Part shown: piece by piece, positions 9,713 to 19,021 of the stretch | Numbering within the stretch: position 1 is the first letter of the stretch | How the letters are laid out: each line of letters opens with the position of its first letter | Origin: Polyangiales bacterium | GTDB taxonomy: Bacteria; Myxococcota_A; Polyangia; Polyangiales; Ga0077539 | Direction of reading: 5' to 3' | Assembly: GCA_044229975.1 (NCBI GenBank) | Contig: JBGARZ010000014.1 | Location: forward strand, 128,001 to 192,000 | Length of the DNA stretch: 64,000 bases | Position numbers and translations under genes: made by a program | The notes under the pieces: model-generated | What the model was told of the DNA's origin: nothing | The model's input: the letters and a program-made list of their open reading frames with translations, nothing else | Databases searched by the model: none

Positions 9713-10513
9713 ATGACCACTGTTGACGAGCCCGCTCCTCGCGATCCACAGCCGACGGCGTTCTTCTTCGTCGCGGCGTTTGCGCTCACGTGGCTGCCGC
9801 AGCTCCCCGCGCTGCTCGCGCTGTGGGGCGTACTGCCGGGGCCCTTCGAGCGCTACATGCCGCTCGGGGGTCTGGGGGCGTTCGGGCCGATGGTCGCGGC
9901 CATCCTCGCCGCCCGTCGGGAGTCCGGTCGCGATGGGGTGCGGGCGCTCTTCCGGCCGCTGAAGACGTGGCGCGTGGGCGCGCTCTGGTACCCGACGGCG
10001 CTGCTGTTGTCGGGGGCGATTCTCGTCGCCGCGTTGGCCGTCTACCGCGCGCTGGGCGGGCACTACACGGGCCCGTGGGTCTACCCACCGAGCGATGCGC
10101 AGCGGCTCGTCGCGATGGTGGTGTTTCCCATCGGCGAGGAGATCGGCTGGCGCGGCTTCGCGCTCCCGCGGTTGCAGCGTCGGTACGGGCCGCTGCTTGC
10201 GAGCGTCGTCGTGGGTCTTGCGTGGGGCCTCTGGCACGGGCCGATGCTCGCGCTGGCGGGCATCACCGACCCGCTGACGCTGGTGACGATGGTGCCCTTC
10301 TTCCTCGCGGGAAGCGTGGTGTTCACCTGGGTCTACAACCGCACGCGCGGGAGCCTGCTGATCGCGGTGCTGCTGCACATGGGAACGCACCTCAGCAACT
10401 CGCACCGCTCGCTGCCGGGTGACGCGACGCCGGCCCTGCTCCACACGGTGGGGTTCTGCGTGGTGGCACTGGTGTTGGTGCTCGCCGACCGACGGGCGTG
10501 GCGTAGGTCGTAG
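9713..10513 (+). CDS. CPBP (Abi/CAAX) family intramembrane metalloprotease
   Basis: GEEIGWRG, WGLWH, AVLLH motifs; multiple TM. Confidence 0.92.
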   Translation: MTTVDEPAPRDPQPTAFFFVAAFALTWLPQLPALLALWGVLPGPFERYMPLGGLGAFGPMVAAILAARRESGRDGVRALFRPLKTWRVGALWYPTALLLSGAILVAALAVYRALGGHYTGPWVYPPSDAQRLVAMVVFPIGEEIGWRGFALPRLQRRYGPLLASVVVGLAWGLWHGPMLALAGITDPLTLVTMVPFFLAGSVVFTWVYNRTRGSLLIAVLLHMGTHLSNSHRSLPGDATPALLHTVGFCVVALVLVLADRRAWRRS

Positions 10514-10519
10514 AGGATA

Positions 10520-10789
10520 GGACGACCGATTCTGCGCGGCGCGCGGTTCGACGGAAACGCCGCCGGTACGCGGAGCCAGACCCCGAGCGTGAGCGAGGGG
10601 GAGCGCCGGTGACACCGCCAGTCGACCCTCTTCGATCGGAGTGGCGCCGTTCCTCGCGCGGCGGGGATCGAGTGATCGGAACGGAGACTGGCAGCGTCAC
10701 CGGCGCTCCCCCTCGCCCACGCTCGGGGTCTGGCTCCGCGTACCGGCGGCGTTTCCGTCGAACCGCGTGCCGCGCAGAGCCAATCGTCC
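10520..10789. repeat. Long inverted-repeat (fold-back) element, REPIN/MITE-like
   Basis: Arms about 10520-10623 and 10687-10789 are near-perfect reverse complements around a ~63 bp spacer. Confidence 0.85.
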
Positions 10790-10790
10790 C

Positions 10791-11729
10791 TCACCCGGCT
10801 CGTCGTCGACGCGCGGGCAGCGTTGCGATGCGCGTCAGCGTCTCCCGCAGCGTCGGGACGAGCACGTCCATGAACGCTCGCACCCGCGCTGGAACGAACG
10901 TCGCCGACCCATGCACCACATGCACCGGCAGCGCTGTCGGCTCATACGGAGCCAGCAGCCGCACCAGCGTCCCTTCGCGCAGCTCGCGCTCGACCTGATA
11001 CGAGAGCACGCAGGTGACGCCGTGGCCCTCGACCGCCGACGCGACGGCTGCCTCTGCCGTGTTGACGCTCAGTCGCGGCCGAATCCTGACCTGCTTCGCG
11101 CGCCCACCATCGCGTGCGCCGAAGGTCCACGCCTCGCCCGGTGTCGTCTGCGAGAAGGACACGCAGTCGTGCGTCGCGAGGTCGGCCGGCTCGGTCGGCG
11201 CCCGGTGCCGCGCGAGGTATGACGGGCTCGCGCAGGTGACCCGCCGGACGTCCCCCACCCGCGTCGCGACCAGCGACGAGTCGGGCAGCGCGCCGATGCG
11301 CACCGCGACGTCGACGCCCTCGTCGACGAGGTGCACCACCCGGTCGAGCAGAACCAACCGCGCCTGCACCTCGCGATGGGTCGCGAGAAAGGCATCGACG
11401 ACGGGGCGCACATGGAGGCGACCGAAGCTCACCGGGGCGGTCACCGTGAGCAGGCCGCGCGGCGCGGTGTGTTCGCCCGACGCAGCGAGCTCGGCCTCCG
11501 CGAGATCAGCGAGAACCCGACGGCAGACGGACAGGTAGCGCTCCCCGGCCTCGGTGGGCTTCACCGTGCGCGTGGTGCGATGGAGGAGCCGCGCGCCGGT
11601 GCGTTGCTCCAGCAGGGCGACGGCGCGGGTGACGGCGGCGGGTGAGCGACCGAGTCGACGGGCAGCCGCCGCGAGGCTGCCAGCATCGACGGTGGTGACG
11701 AGGGCGAGCATGGCGTCGAGGCGGTCCAT
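10791..11729 (-). CDS. LysR family transcriptional regulator
   Basis: GSLAAAARRL...LLHRTTR HTH and a CrgA-like substrate-binding domain. Confidence 0.95.
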   Translation of the reverse strand: MDRLDAMLALVTTVDAGSLAAAARRLGRSPAAVTRAVALLEQRTGARLLHRTTRTVKPTEAGERYLSVCRRVLADLAEAELAASGEHTAPRGLLTVTAPVSFGRLHVRPVVDAFLATHREVQARLVLLDRVVHLVDEGVDVAVRIGALPDSSLVATRVGDVRRVTCASPSYLARHRAPTEPADLATHDCVSFSQTTPGEAWTFGARDGGRAKQVRIRPRLSVNTAEAAVASAVEGHGVTCVLSYQVERELREGTLVRLLAPYEPTALPVHVVHGSATFVPARVRAFMDVLVPTLRETLTRIATLPARRRRAG

Positions 11730-11734
11730 CGGCG

Positions 11735-11749
11735 TTGCGTATCACGCAA
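11735..11749. promoter_or_regulatory. LysR-type T-N11-A operator
   Basis: Palindrome TTGCGT-ATC-ACGCAA in the divergent intergenic region. Confidence 0.6.
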
Positions 11750-11808
11750 TGGTGACTTGCATCGCGCGCTGATTCCGTCGCCAGACGCAACGACTCACCA
11801 TCGGTCGC

Positions 11809-12447
11809 ATGAACACGCAGGACAACGTCGAGGGTCGGTCCGTGGTGCCGAGTGACGTGGCGTTTACCCCGTCGGTGAAGGCGGCGCAGGAGCTTCGCGG
11901 GTCGCGCTCCGCCTACCGCCGCATGGAGGAGGGCGATGGTTGGGAGACGACCATCACGCCAGAGCTGCGGGCCTTCCTGGCCGAGCGTGACAGCGCCTAC
12001 CTCGCGACGGCCTCGGCCTCGGGTCAGCCGTACATCCAGCACCGCGGCGGGCCCAAGGGCTTCCTCCGCGTGGTCGACGAGCGGACCATCGCCTTCGCTG
12101 ACTTCGTGGGCAACCGGCAGTACATCTCCGTCGGCAACCTCGCGGAGAACGATCGCGCCTTCCTCTTCCTCATGGACTACGCGAACCGTCGCCGCATCAA
12201 GATCTGGGGTCGTGCGCGCATCATCGAAGGTGACGCGGCCCGCCTCGCGGCGCTCATGCCTGCGGGCTATCGCGCGAAGGGCGAACGGGTGATCGAGTTC
12301 AGCGTCGAGGCGTGGGACGTCAACTGCCCGCAGCACATCCCGCGCAAGCTCGACGAGGCCGACGTGGTGGCCGGTGTCGAAGGGATGAAGCGCCGCATCG
12401 TCGAGCTCGAAGCCGAGGTCGCGCGGCTGCGTCGCGGCGCTCGCTGA
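11809..12447 (+). CDS. Pyridoxamine 5'-phosphate oxidase family FMN-binding protein
   Basis: YLATAS..GQPYIQHRGGPKGF, ADFVGNRQYISVGNL, WDVNCPQHI. Confidence 0.92.
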   Translation: MNTQDNVEGRSVVPSDVAFTPSVKAAQELRGSRSAYRRMEEGDGWETTITPELRAFLAERDSAYLATASASGQPYIQHRGGPKGFLRVVDERTIAFADFVGNRQYISVGNLAENDRAFLFLMDYANRRRIKIWGRARIIEGDAARLAALMPAGYRAKGERVIEFSVEAWDVNCPQHIPRKLDEADVVAGVEGMKRRIVELEAEVARLRRGAR

Positions 12448-14085
12448 TCACTCCACCGTCACCTGGTAGTACCGCCCGATCTCCAGCCGACGCAGATCCA
12501 CCGCGTGCTCTCGTCCGCTCGCTCCGTCGCGCAACACGAGCCGCCCCGGCGTCGCATTCGGTCCGAGCCCGAGGGTGAGCAGGTTGCCCGGTTGCCCGCG
12601 CCCGTCCGAGGCCAACGCAAAGGCCCGCCGTCCGCCCGACTGCTCTTCGAGAACCCCGGTGGTCCCCGACAGCGATCGCCCCACGAAGACGAACCCGATC
12701 CAGCGACGCGTGGTCTCCGTTCGTTGCGCGAGCACGCGGCCGTCGCCGATGAGGTCGGGCGCGCCGTCGAGGTCGAGGTCGACGAGGGCGGGCGTCTCGC
12801 GGAGCTTCAGCCAGTCGGTCTCGTCTCGCCATACGACACGGCCGTTGCGGACGAGCAGCGCGTGACCTTCGTACGGAGGCCCACGATGGGCGGTCGCGAG
12901 CAGCACCTCGGGCAGGCCGTCGCCGTCGAGGTCGGCCACGGCGCCACCGAAGGGCGCCTCCAGGGGTTGTGGGAGATCGGTGCGGGAAGACTCGCCGTGT
13001 TCGTCGACGCGGAGGGCGTAGCTGCGGTCGGTGACGGTTCCGCGGTCGTCGCCGTGCCAGAGGTTGAACACCACGAGGTCGAGCCGTCCGCGCGCCGCGA
13101 GGTCGGCGGGGAAGAGCCCCAGCGCGTGGCCGAAGAACTGTCGCCGCGGGTCGCGGTCGGGATCACCCGCCCAATGGACGAAGTGCCCCGGTCGGTCGGA
13201 GCGCAGGAAGCTGTCGGGCTGCGCGCGGTAGTTGCCGACGACGAGGTCGCTGCGCCCGTCGTCGTCGAAGTCCGTGACGGTGGCGGTGCGACCGAGCCGC
13301 GCGGGCGCGGGGTTGCCCGTGAAGTCGGGGAGCCGGTCGAGCCCGAGCTCGCGGTTGGCGAGACGGAAGCCGCCGCGGCAATCGCCGCGATGGAGCTCGT
13401 CGGGGAAGTACTGCGTCGGGCGGTCGGTCTGGAACTCCCATCCCGTACCGAGAACAAGAACGTCCTCGCAGCCGTCACCATCCGCATCGAGCACGGCGCC
13501 GCCCAGCACCGGGTGGTCGACGGTGATGGGTCGGGTCTCGCGGAAGACCCATGGGTCCGAGGTCGCGAGGTAGAGGACGGCGCGGGCGTCGGCATCGTCG
13601 AGCTCATCGGAGAAGCCCCAGAAGTCGGGCGCTCCATCGCGGTTGAAGTCACCCCACAGGAAGGAGCCGTGGAAGTGCGGCGCCACGATGCGCTCATCGA
13701 GGGCGAAGGTCGCCGGGTCGACGCGAACGAGTCGCACGCCCTTGCGGCGCCAGTCGGGTGAGCGGAGGTCGGTGACGCAGGCGAGTCCGCGTCGCGTGGG
13801 TTCGAACTGGCACGCGACGCGGCCGCGCTCGTGGTCGGCGAAGCGGTGCACGGTGTCGAGGTGAAGACCCGGCGCGACGATGGACTGGTCGGCGACGAGC
13901 GATGGACGTGGCGTGCGCGTGGGCCAGGGGAGCGGGCAGGCGACCCACGGGGTGCAGGCGCCAACGGGGAGCACAGGCGGCGGATGGGCGGCGCGAGTCG
14001 GACGCGACGAACGGCAGGCTAGCGGAAGCAGGCTCAGCGCGAGGCAGCAGGGGAGCGACCACCGGGGCCGAGCGGAGGGTGGCAT
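12448..14085 (-). CDS. FG-GAP/VCBS repeat (CRTAC1-like) lipoprotein
   Basis: Repeated DxDxDG motifs (DFNRDG, DADGDG, DFDDDG, DLDGDG); lipobox PLAC. Confidence 0.85.
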   Translation of the reverse strand: MPPSARPRWSLPCCLALSLLPLACRSSRPTRAAHPPPVLPVGACTPWVACPLPWPTRTPRPSLVADQSIVAPGLHLDTVHRFADHERGRVACQFEPTRRGLACVTDLRSPDWRRKGVRLVRVDPATFALDERIVAPHFHGSFLWGDFNRDGAPDFWGFSDELDDADARAVLYLATSDPWVFRETRPITVDHPVLGGAVLDADGDGCEDVLVLGTGWEFQTDRPTQYFPDELHRGDCRGGFRLANRELGLDRLPDFTGNPAPARLGRTATVTDFDDDGRSDLVVGNYRAQPDSFLRSDRPGHFVHWAGDPDRDPRRQFFGHALGLFPADLAARGRLDLVVFNLWHGDDRGTVTDRSYALRVDEHGESSRTDLPQPLEAPFGGAVADLDGDGLPEVLLATAHRGPPYEGHALLVRNGRVVWRDETDWLKLRETPALVDLDLDGAPDLIGDGRVLAQRTETTRRWIGFVFVGRSLSGTTGVLEEQSGGRRAFALASDGRGQPGNLLTLGLGPNATPGRLVLRDGASGREHAVDLRRLEIGRYYQVTVE

Positions 14086-14138
14086 CGGGCGCGATCATCG
14101 CGCGTTTCGACGGTCCGGTGTCCTGCCGGGCACCGCGC

Positions 14139-14600
14139 GTGGCGGTACCATCGCTGACCCTCCTGGCACCTCGTCGCCTCCTGGCGACCGTCGCGCTCTC
14201 GTTCGCGCTGCTGACCACTGGCGCCACCGCCCAGACGACTCCCCGGTACAGCCTCGACTGCGCGCGAGAGCTCGTCTCGTCCGTCGACCTCGCCCGCCGA
14301 CCTCGCCGCCAGTCGGCAGAACGAATGGGCGCGCGCCAATCAGGTGGTCGCGGCCGTCCTCTACGCGCGGGTGCTGTGGTTCGCCTCCCAGCGTGGCGCT
14401 CTCCCGTCGCACGCCTGGCACGCGCTCGATCGCCTCCAGGAGCTTTCCAACAACGCGATCCTGACGCCCCATGAAGAGCCGTCTCTCGATGCGATGAGCT
14501 CGCTACTGGCGATGCGCTCTCCGGGCGCCACATTGCTGGAGACGCAGCCGCTCGGTCCGATCGCACTCGCGCCGCAGCGCAGGAATGCACCCGCCTCTCG
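14139..14600 (+). pseudogene. Probable frameshifted or truncated secreted-protein gene
   Basis: A signal-peptide-like frame (LLATVALSFALLTTGATAQ) continues plausibly only in another frame (ADLAASRQNEWARANQVVAAVLY) near 14290. Confidence 0.35.
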
Positions 14601-14614
14601 GAGGTTGCCACGCC

Positions 14615-15634
14615 ATGCAAGACGGCCATCCCACCGCCCCACTCGGACGCGCATCCATCGAGGCCGCCGACCTCGTCGCGAAGTACCCGCCGCGCCTGCC
14701 GCATCGCAACAAGCGCGCGATCTACGACAAGGCGTCTCCCCCCGGCGCCCTCCACCGCGGAACACTCACCGTTTCCCGCTGGGCGCAGGAGCTTCTCCCG
14801 CTCTCGATCCACTGGGCCGAGGCGCCCACCACCATCGAGCTCCGCGAAGGAACCTTCACCTACGACCCACCGCGCCCCTCGTCCCGCGCGACGATGGAGT
14901 GGCACCTCAACTTCGCACACACGATCCTGTTCGTGGCCTACGGCGGGCCGCTCTTCGCGCAGGACGAGATGCAGGTCGCCGAGCACCCGTCGCTCGCGTC
15001 GGTGCGCGAGTGGCTCACCGGCGAGGCGGTCGAGGGTCTGCGTCCGGTGACACGCGAGGACGGTCTCGCCACGCCGATGCTCCTCCGCGGCGTCGAGCGT
15101 CGCTGCGCCGTCGCGACCGACGAAGACCCCGACGCCGACCGTCCGCTCGGCCTCTACGGCAACGCCTTCGGTCGGGCGCGCGAGGAGGCCGTGCGCCGCG
15201 CGACGCGGGTGCTCGACCCGCCGACGATCACCAACGTGCTCGCGATGGAGGCGCCCGCGGGGGCGACGGGGCGCTACACCGCGGAGCAGATCCACGGCGT
15301 GATGGCGACGGCCTACACCGGGTTTCGCGCGGCACGATTGGAGTCGGCGCTGGCGCTCGGCGAGGGCGTCGAGGTGGTGCTGCACACGGGCCATTGGGGG
15401 ACTGGCGCCTACGGCGGCAACCGCGTGTTGATGGCGATGCTCCAGGTGCTCGCGGCGAAAGCAGCGGGCCTCCATCGGATGGTATTCCACACGTACGATC
15501 GGGCCGGGGCGACGCCGTGCCGGGAGGCGTTGGGGCGACTGGACGCGCTGGCGACGAGGGCTGTCACGCTGGGCGAGGCGCTCACCGCGATCGACGCCGC
15601 GGCCTTCGAGTGGGGCGTCTCGGACGGCAACTGA
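14615..15634 (+). CDS. Poly(ADP-ribose) glycohydrolase (PARG)-like macrodomain protein
   Basis: NFAH...YGGPLFAQDEMQVAEHP and TGHWGTGAYGGN resemble canonical PARG motifs (DFAN...QEE; TGNWGCGAFGG); RBS GGAGG before ATG 14615. Confidence 0.7.
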   Translation: MQDGHPTAPLGRASIEAADLVAKYPPRLPHRNKRAIYDKASPPGALHRGTLTVSRWAQELLPLSIHWAEAPTTIELREGTFTYDPPRPSSRATMEWHLNFAHTILFVAYGGPLFAQDEMQVAEHPSLASVREWLTGEAVEGLRPVTREDGLATPMLLRGVERRCAVATDEDPDADRPLGLYGNAFGRAREEAVRRATRVLDPPTITNVLAMEAPAGATGRYTAEQIHGVMATAYTGFRAARLESALALGEGVEVVLHTGHWGTGAYGGNRVLMAMLQVLAAKAAGLHRMVFHTYDRAGATPCREALGRLDALATRAVTLGEALTAIDAAAFEWGVSDGN

Positions 15635-15656
15635 CACTGGTCCAAGAGCTCGTTCG

Positions 15657-15908
15657 CGACGTGGCCGGGGTTCACGGTGCAGGCTCCGCGTCCGTCGCAC
15701 GCCGTTCACCCCGGGGAGTGGTAGGGGGTCACCCCATCGGTGCGCGATGGGGTTGCAGGTGACGTCTATCGGCGACCTCCGCAACAAGTCCATGGGGCAT
15801 CCGGTGCTGCAACCCCATCGCGCAGCGATGGGGTGACCCCCTACCATTGCCCGGGGTGAACGGCGCACGACGGACGCGAAGCCTGCACCGTGAACCCCGG
15901 CCACGTCG
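15657..15908. repeat. Long inverted-repeat element containing GTAG-type REP hairpins (REPIN-like)
   Basis: Arms 15657-15758 and 15807-15908; each carries GTAG followed by an ACCCCATCG...CGATGGGGT palindrome. Confidence 0.85.
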
Positions 15909-15913
15909 ACCCG

Positions 15914-17278
15914 TCAGCGACCTGCGCCCACCTCGTTCACCCGCACGCCGTACTCGCCACGCACCGCCCACGGGTCGTGCTCCAACACCCGCACCGTGTA
16001 CGTCCCCGCGCGCGGCGCCACGACCTCCACGCTCGCGTTCATCGCCCCGGCGCTGTCGTCGTCGTGCGCAATCACCCGGTCGCCGTCGAGCACGGCGACC
16101 TCCACGTCCTGTCGCACACAGAGCCCGCCCATCGACCGCCCGCCCCGTACGCCCACGCGCACCCGTTGCCCGGCGTCGAGCGCCAGCGTCCAGTCGTCCG
16201 CCCAGGTCCAGTCGTCGAGCTGCGCGTCGCCCGGTGCAAACGCTCCGCGCATCGCGCCGCCCACCGTGAGCGCTCCCGCTGGCGGCCCTGCGATGCGCAC
16301 CAGTGCCCGCGTCGGCTCGCTCGCGTCCGTCGCCCGCGTCGGCAAGCCCAGCGACGGAACGATCTTGTCGTACGTCGCCGCCGTCATCCCCGAATGCTCG
16401 CAGGCCGCCGTCACAAACACCGCCCGATGCTCACGCACCGCATCGACGATGGCCCCGCGCGGCTGATCGACGAAGTCCACGCCCGCTGCGCGCAGCATCG
16501 CCGTCATCGTGACGACGTGCGGCTGCGTGTACCGGCTCCCCGCGTGAACGCACACGAAGCGCCGCGGCGCCGCCGCCGTCGACCCCCGCAGCCACGACGT
16601 GAACGTCGACTCGTTGCCGTACAGCCCGTCCATCACGATGACGTTGCGGATGCGGTCGCTGAGGTCGCGCCGGGCCAGCAATCCGCCGATGGTCGGCCCG
16701 CCCGCGCTCGACCCCACCAGGGTGATCGCGCGCACTTCATCAAGCGTGTGCCGCCCGCCCAGCCGCTCGACCAGGGTCTCTTCCAGCAGCTCGTTCAAGA
16801 ATGCCCGCAGGAAGCCGGTGCTCTGAAAGGCCCCGGAGAAGTTGGCCGACCCGCGCGGTGCGAGCTGCGGTGCGATGAGCAGCGCGTTGACCCTCGCCCG
16901 ATCGTGCCGCGCGGCGAGACCCCAACCCACCCCGGGCTCACCCGTCACGGGAGCGAGCTCACCGGCGGTCACCCACCACGAGGCGCGCGTCCCGAGGCCG
17001 TGGAAGAGCATCACCACGTCGAAGGGTCGGGTCGGATCGAAGCCCGGCGGCGCGTGCACGATGACGTCGTGCAAGGGGTGATTGGTGAGCGGCCGGTGCC
17101 GCATGTGAAACGCCGCGGTCCAGCCGGGGCGCGACGTCGGCGACGGGCTCGCGACACCCGCGACGGGCTCTACGGCGACGGGGGCAGGCGATGTCCGGCG
17201 CATGGCAGAGGGTCGTCGGCCGTGACAGGTGCTCAACAGCACGATGCCCGCGAGCGCAGCGACGATCGATGAGCCCAT
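15914..17278 (-). CDS. Exported alpha/beta-hydrolase-like protein with C-terminal PPC domain
   Basis: FHG, LVGSSAGG nucleophile elbow, MDGLYG; C-terminal HDDDSAG..NAS...APRAGTYTVRV. Confidence 0.65.
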   Translation of the reverse strand: MGSSIVAALAGIVLLSTCHGRRPSAMRRTSPAPVAVEPVAGVASPSPTSRPGWTAAFHMRHRPLTNHPLHDVIVHAPPGFDPTRPFDVVMLFHGLGTRASWWVTAGELAPVTGEPGVGWGLAARHDRARVNALLIAPQLAPRGSANFSGAFQSTGFLRAFLNELLEETLVERLGGRHTLDEVRAITLVGSSAGGPTIGGLLARRDLSDRIRNVIVMDGLYGNESTFTSWLRGSTAAAPRRFVCVHAGSRYTQPHVVTMTAMLRAAGVDFVDQPRGAIVDAVREHRAVFVTAACEHSGMTAATYDKIVPSLGLPTRATDASEPTRALVRIAGPPAGALTVGGAMRGAFAPGDAQLDDWTWADDWTLALDAGQRVRVGVRGGRSMGGLCVRQDVEVAVLDGDRVIAHDDDSAGAMNASVEVVAPRAGTYTVRVLEHDPWAVRGEYGVRVNEVGAGR

Positions 17279-17350
17279 GGAGCGGCGACGGTACGGCGGT
17301 GCAACGACCTGCGTCCACGCCCCGACCTCACCTATCATCCGACCACCGCC

Positions 17351-19021
17351 ATGACCCCGCGCATTCCGCAGCAACGCCGTCGCGCCCTGATCGCTTCCCT
17401 CTTCGGTGCGCTGCTGGCGCTCCCGACGGCGGCGGCGGCGCAGACCACCATCGTCCTCGACGCCGCCATCCCCGACGGGACGGCCCGCTACTTCGCGGTT
17501 CCGTTCACGGTGCCGGAGGGCATTCGCGAGATCGAGGTGCGCCACGACGACCGCTCCGAGATGAACATCCTCGACTGGGGTCTCTACGACCCCGCGCGCT
17601 TCCGGGGATGGGGCGGAGGCAACAGCGAGCCCGCCGTGGTCTCTGTCGACGCGGCCTCGCGCAGCTACGTGCCGGGCGCCATTCCCGCGGGGCAGTGGCA
17701 GCTCCTCATCGGTCAGGCGAAGGTCGTCGAGCGGCCCGCGCGGTACCACGTCGAGATCGTCCTGCGGACGGAGGCCACGCTCGCCGCACAGCCCGAGCGC
17801 CGACCCTACGCACACGCCGCGGCGCTCAGCACGGGGCCGCGTTGGTACGCGGGTGACTTCCACGTCCACTCGCGCGAGAGCGGTGATGCGTCGCCGACGC
17901 TCGACGAGGTCGCCACCTTCGCCCGCGGGCGCGGCCTCGATTTCGTCGAGCTCTCCGAGCACAACACGGTCTCGCAGGTGGACTTCATCGGCGCCGCGCA
18001 GGCCCGCCACCCGGCGCTGTTGTTCGTTCCGGGGAGCGAGGTGACCACGTACCAGGGCCACGCCAACGCCATCGGCGCGACGCAGTGGGTCGACTTCCGC
18101 GTGGGGTCGACCGACCCCGTGGTGACCATCGGCGCCATCACCAGCGCGGTCAGCGCGCAGGGCGGTCTCTTCGCCGTCAACCACCCAGCGCTCAACCTGG
18201 GCGAGGTCTGCATCGGGTGCTCGTGGGCGCACGCCGAGCCGCCGGGCAGCGTGAACGCTGTCGAAGTGCAGAACGGCCAGTACTCGGTGACGGGCGCGCT
18301 CTTCTTCCGGCGGTCGGTGCGCTTCTGGGAGGCGTACCTCGCGCGCGGCGAGCACGTCGCCCCTATTGGCGGCAGCGACGATCACCGCGCGGGCACGGAC
18401 ATGGGCTCGCTATCGAGCCCCATCGGCGGACCGACCACCATGGTCTATGCGACGGAGCTCAGCGTCCCGGCGATTCTCGCTGGCGTTCGGGCGGGGCGCA
18501 CCGTGGTGAAGCTCCAGGGCCCCGGCGACCCGATGGTGGATCTGCGTGCGGGCGCGACGGCGATGATCGGCGACACGGTGCGCGACCGGCGGACGACGCT
18601 GCGCGCGACGGTGACGGGGGCGATGGGGGCGACGCTGAGGTTCTTGCGCAACGGCGCGGCGACGGACCCGGTGGCGGTCAACGCGGACCCGTTCACGGCG
18701 ACGATGGAGGTCGACGCACCGGCGGGAACAGCCGACGACTGGTGGCGCTGCGAGCTGACGGTCAACGACCTGCCGCGCGTGCTCACCGGGCACATCTGGG
18801 TGGCCGCGACGGGCGAGACACCGGTCGCGGATGCTGGAGCGGTCGTCGACGCTGGCATGGACGCGGGCACGACGCCCGCCGCGCCGGGCGACGACTGCGG
18901 GTGTCGCAGCGCTCCGGGGGCGTGCGCGAAGGGCGGGGCGTGGGCGGCGCTGCTGGCGTTGGTCACAGCACGCGGCGCATCCAGCGGGCGATCTCGTCGA
19001 AGACCAGCGCGGGGCGCGTGA
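17351..19021 (+). CDS. CehA/McbA-like PHP metallohydrolase with MYXO-CTERM-like tail
   Basis: WYAGDFHVHS, SEHNT, GHANA, NHP, GGSDDH; signal peptide; CGCR followed by hydrophobic and basic tail. Confidence 0.88.
   Translation: MTPRIPQQRRRALIASLFGALLALPTAAAAQTTIVLDAAIPDGTARYFAVPFTVPEGIREIEVRHDDRSEMNILDWGLYDPARFRGWGGGNSEPAVVSVDAASRSYVPGAIPAGQWQLLIGQAKVVERPARYHVEIVLRTEATLAAQPERRPYAHAAALSTGPRWYAGDFHVHSRESGDASPTLDEVATFARGRGLDFVELSEHNTVSQVDFIGAAQARHPALLFVPGSEVTTYQGHANAIGATQWVDFRVGSTDPVVTIGAITSAVSAQGGLFAVNHPALNLGEVCIGCSWAHAEPPGSVNAVEVQNGQYSVTGALFFRRSVRFWEAYLARGEHVAPIGGSDDHRAGTDMGSLSSPIGGPTTMVYATELSVPAILAGVRAGRTVVKLQGPGDPMVDLRAGATAMIGDTVRDRRTTLRATVTGAMGATLRFLRNGAATDPVAVNADPFTATMEVDAPAGTADDWWRCELTVNDLPRVLTGHIWVAATGETPVADAGAVVDAGMDAGTTPAAPGDDCGCRSAPGACAKGGAWAALLALVTARGASSGRSRRRPARGA

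Noticed and set aside
13694..15904. 736-aa minus-strand ORF and similar long Arg/Ala/Gly-rich ORFs (e.g. 51539-54106, 56117-58357, 26583-28820)
   Set aside because: Shadow frames of real genes in high-GC DNA, with no recognisable motifs
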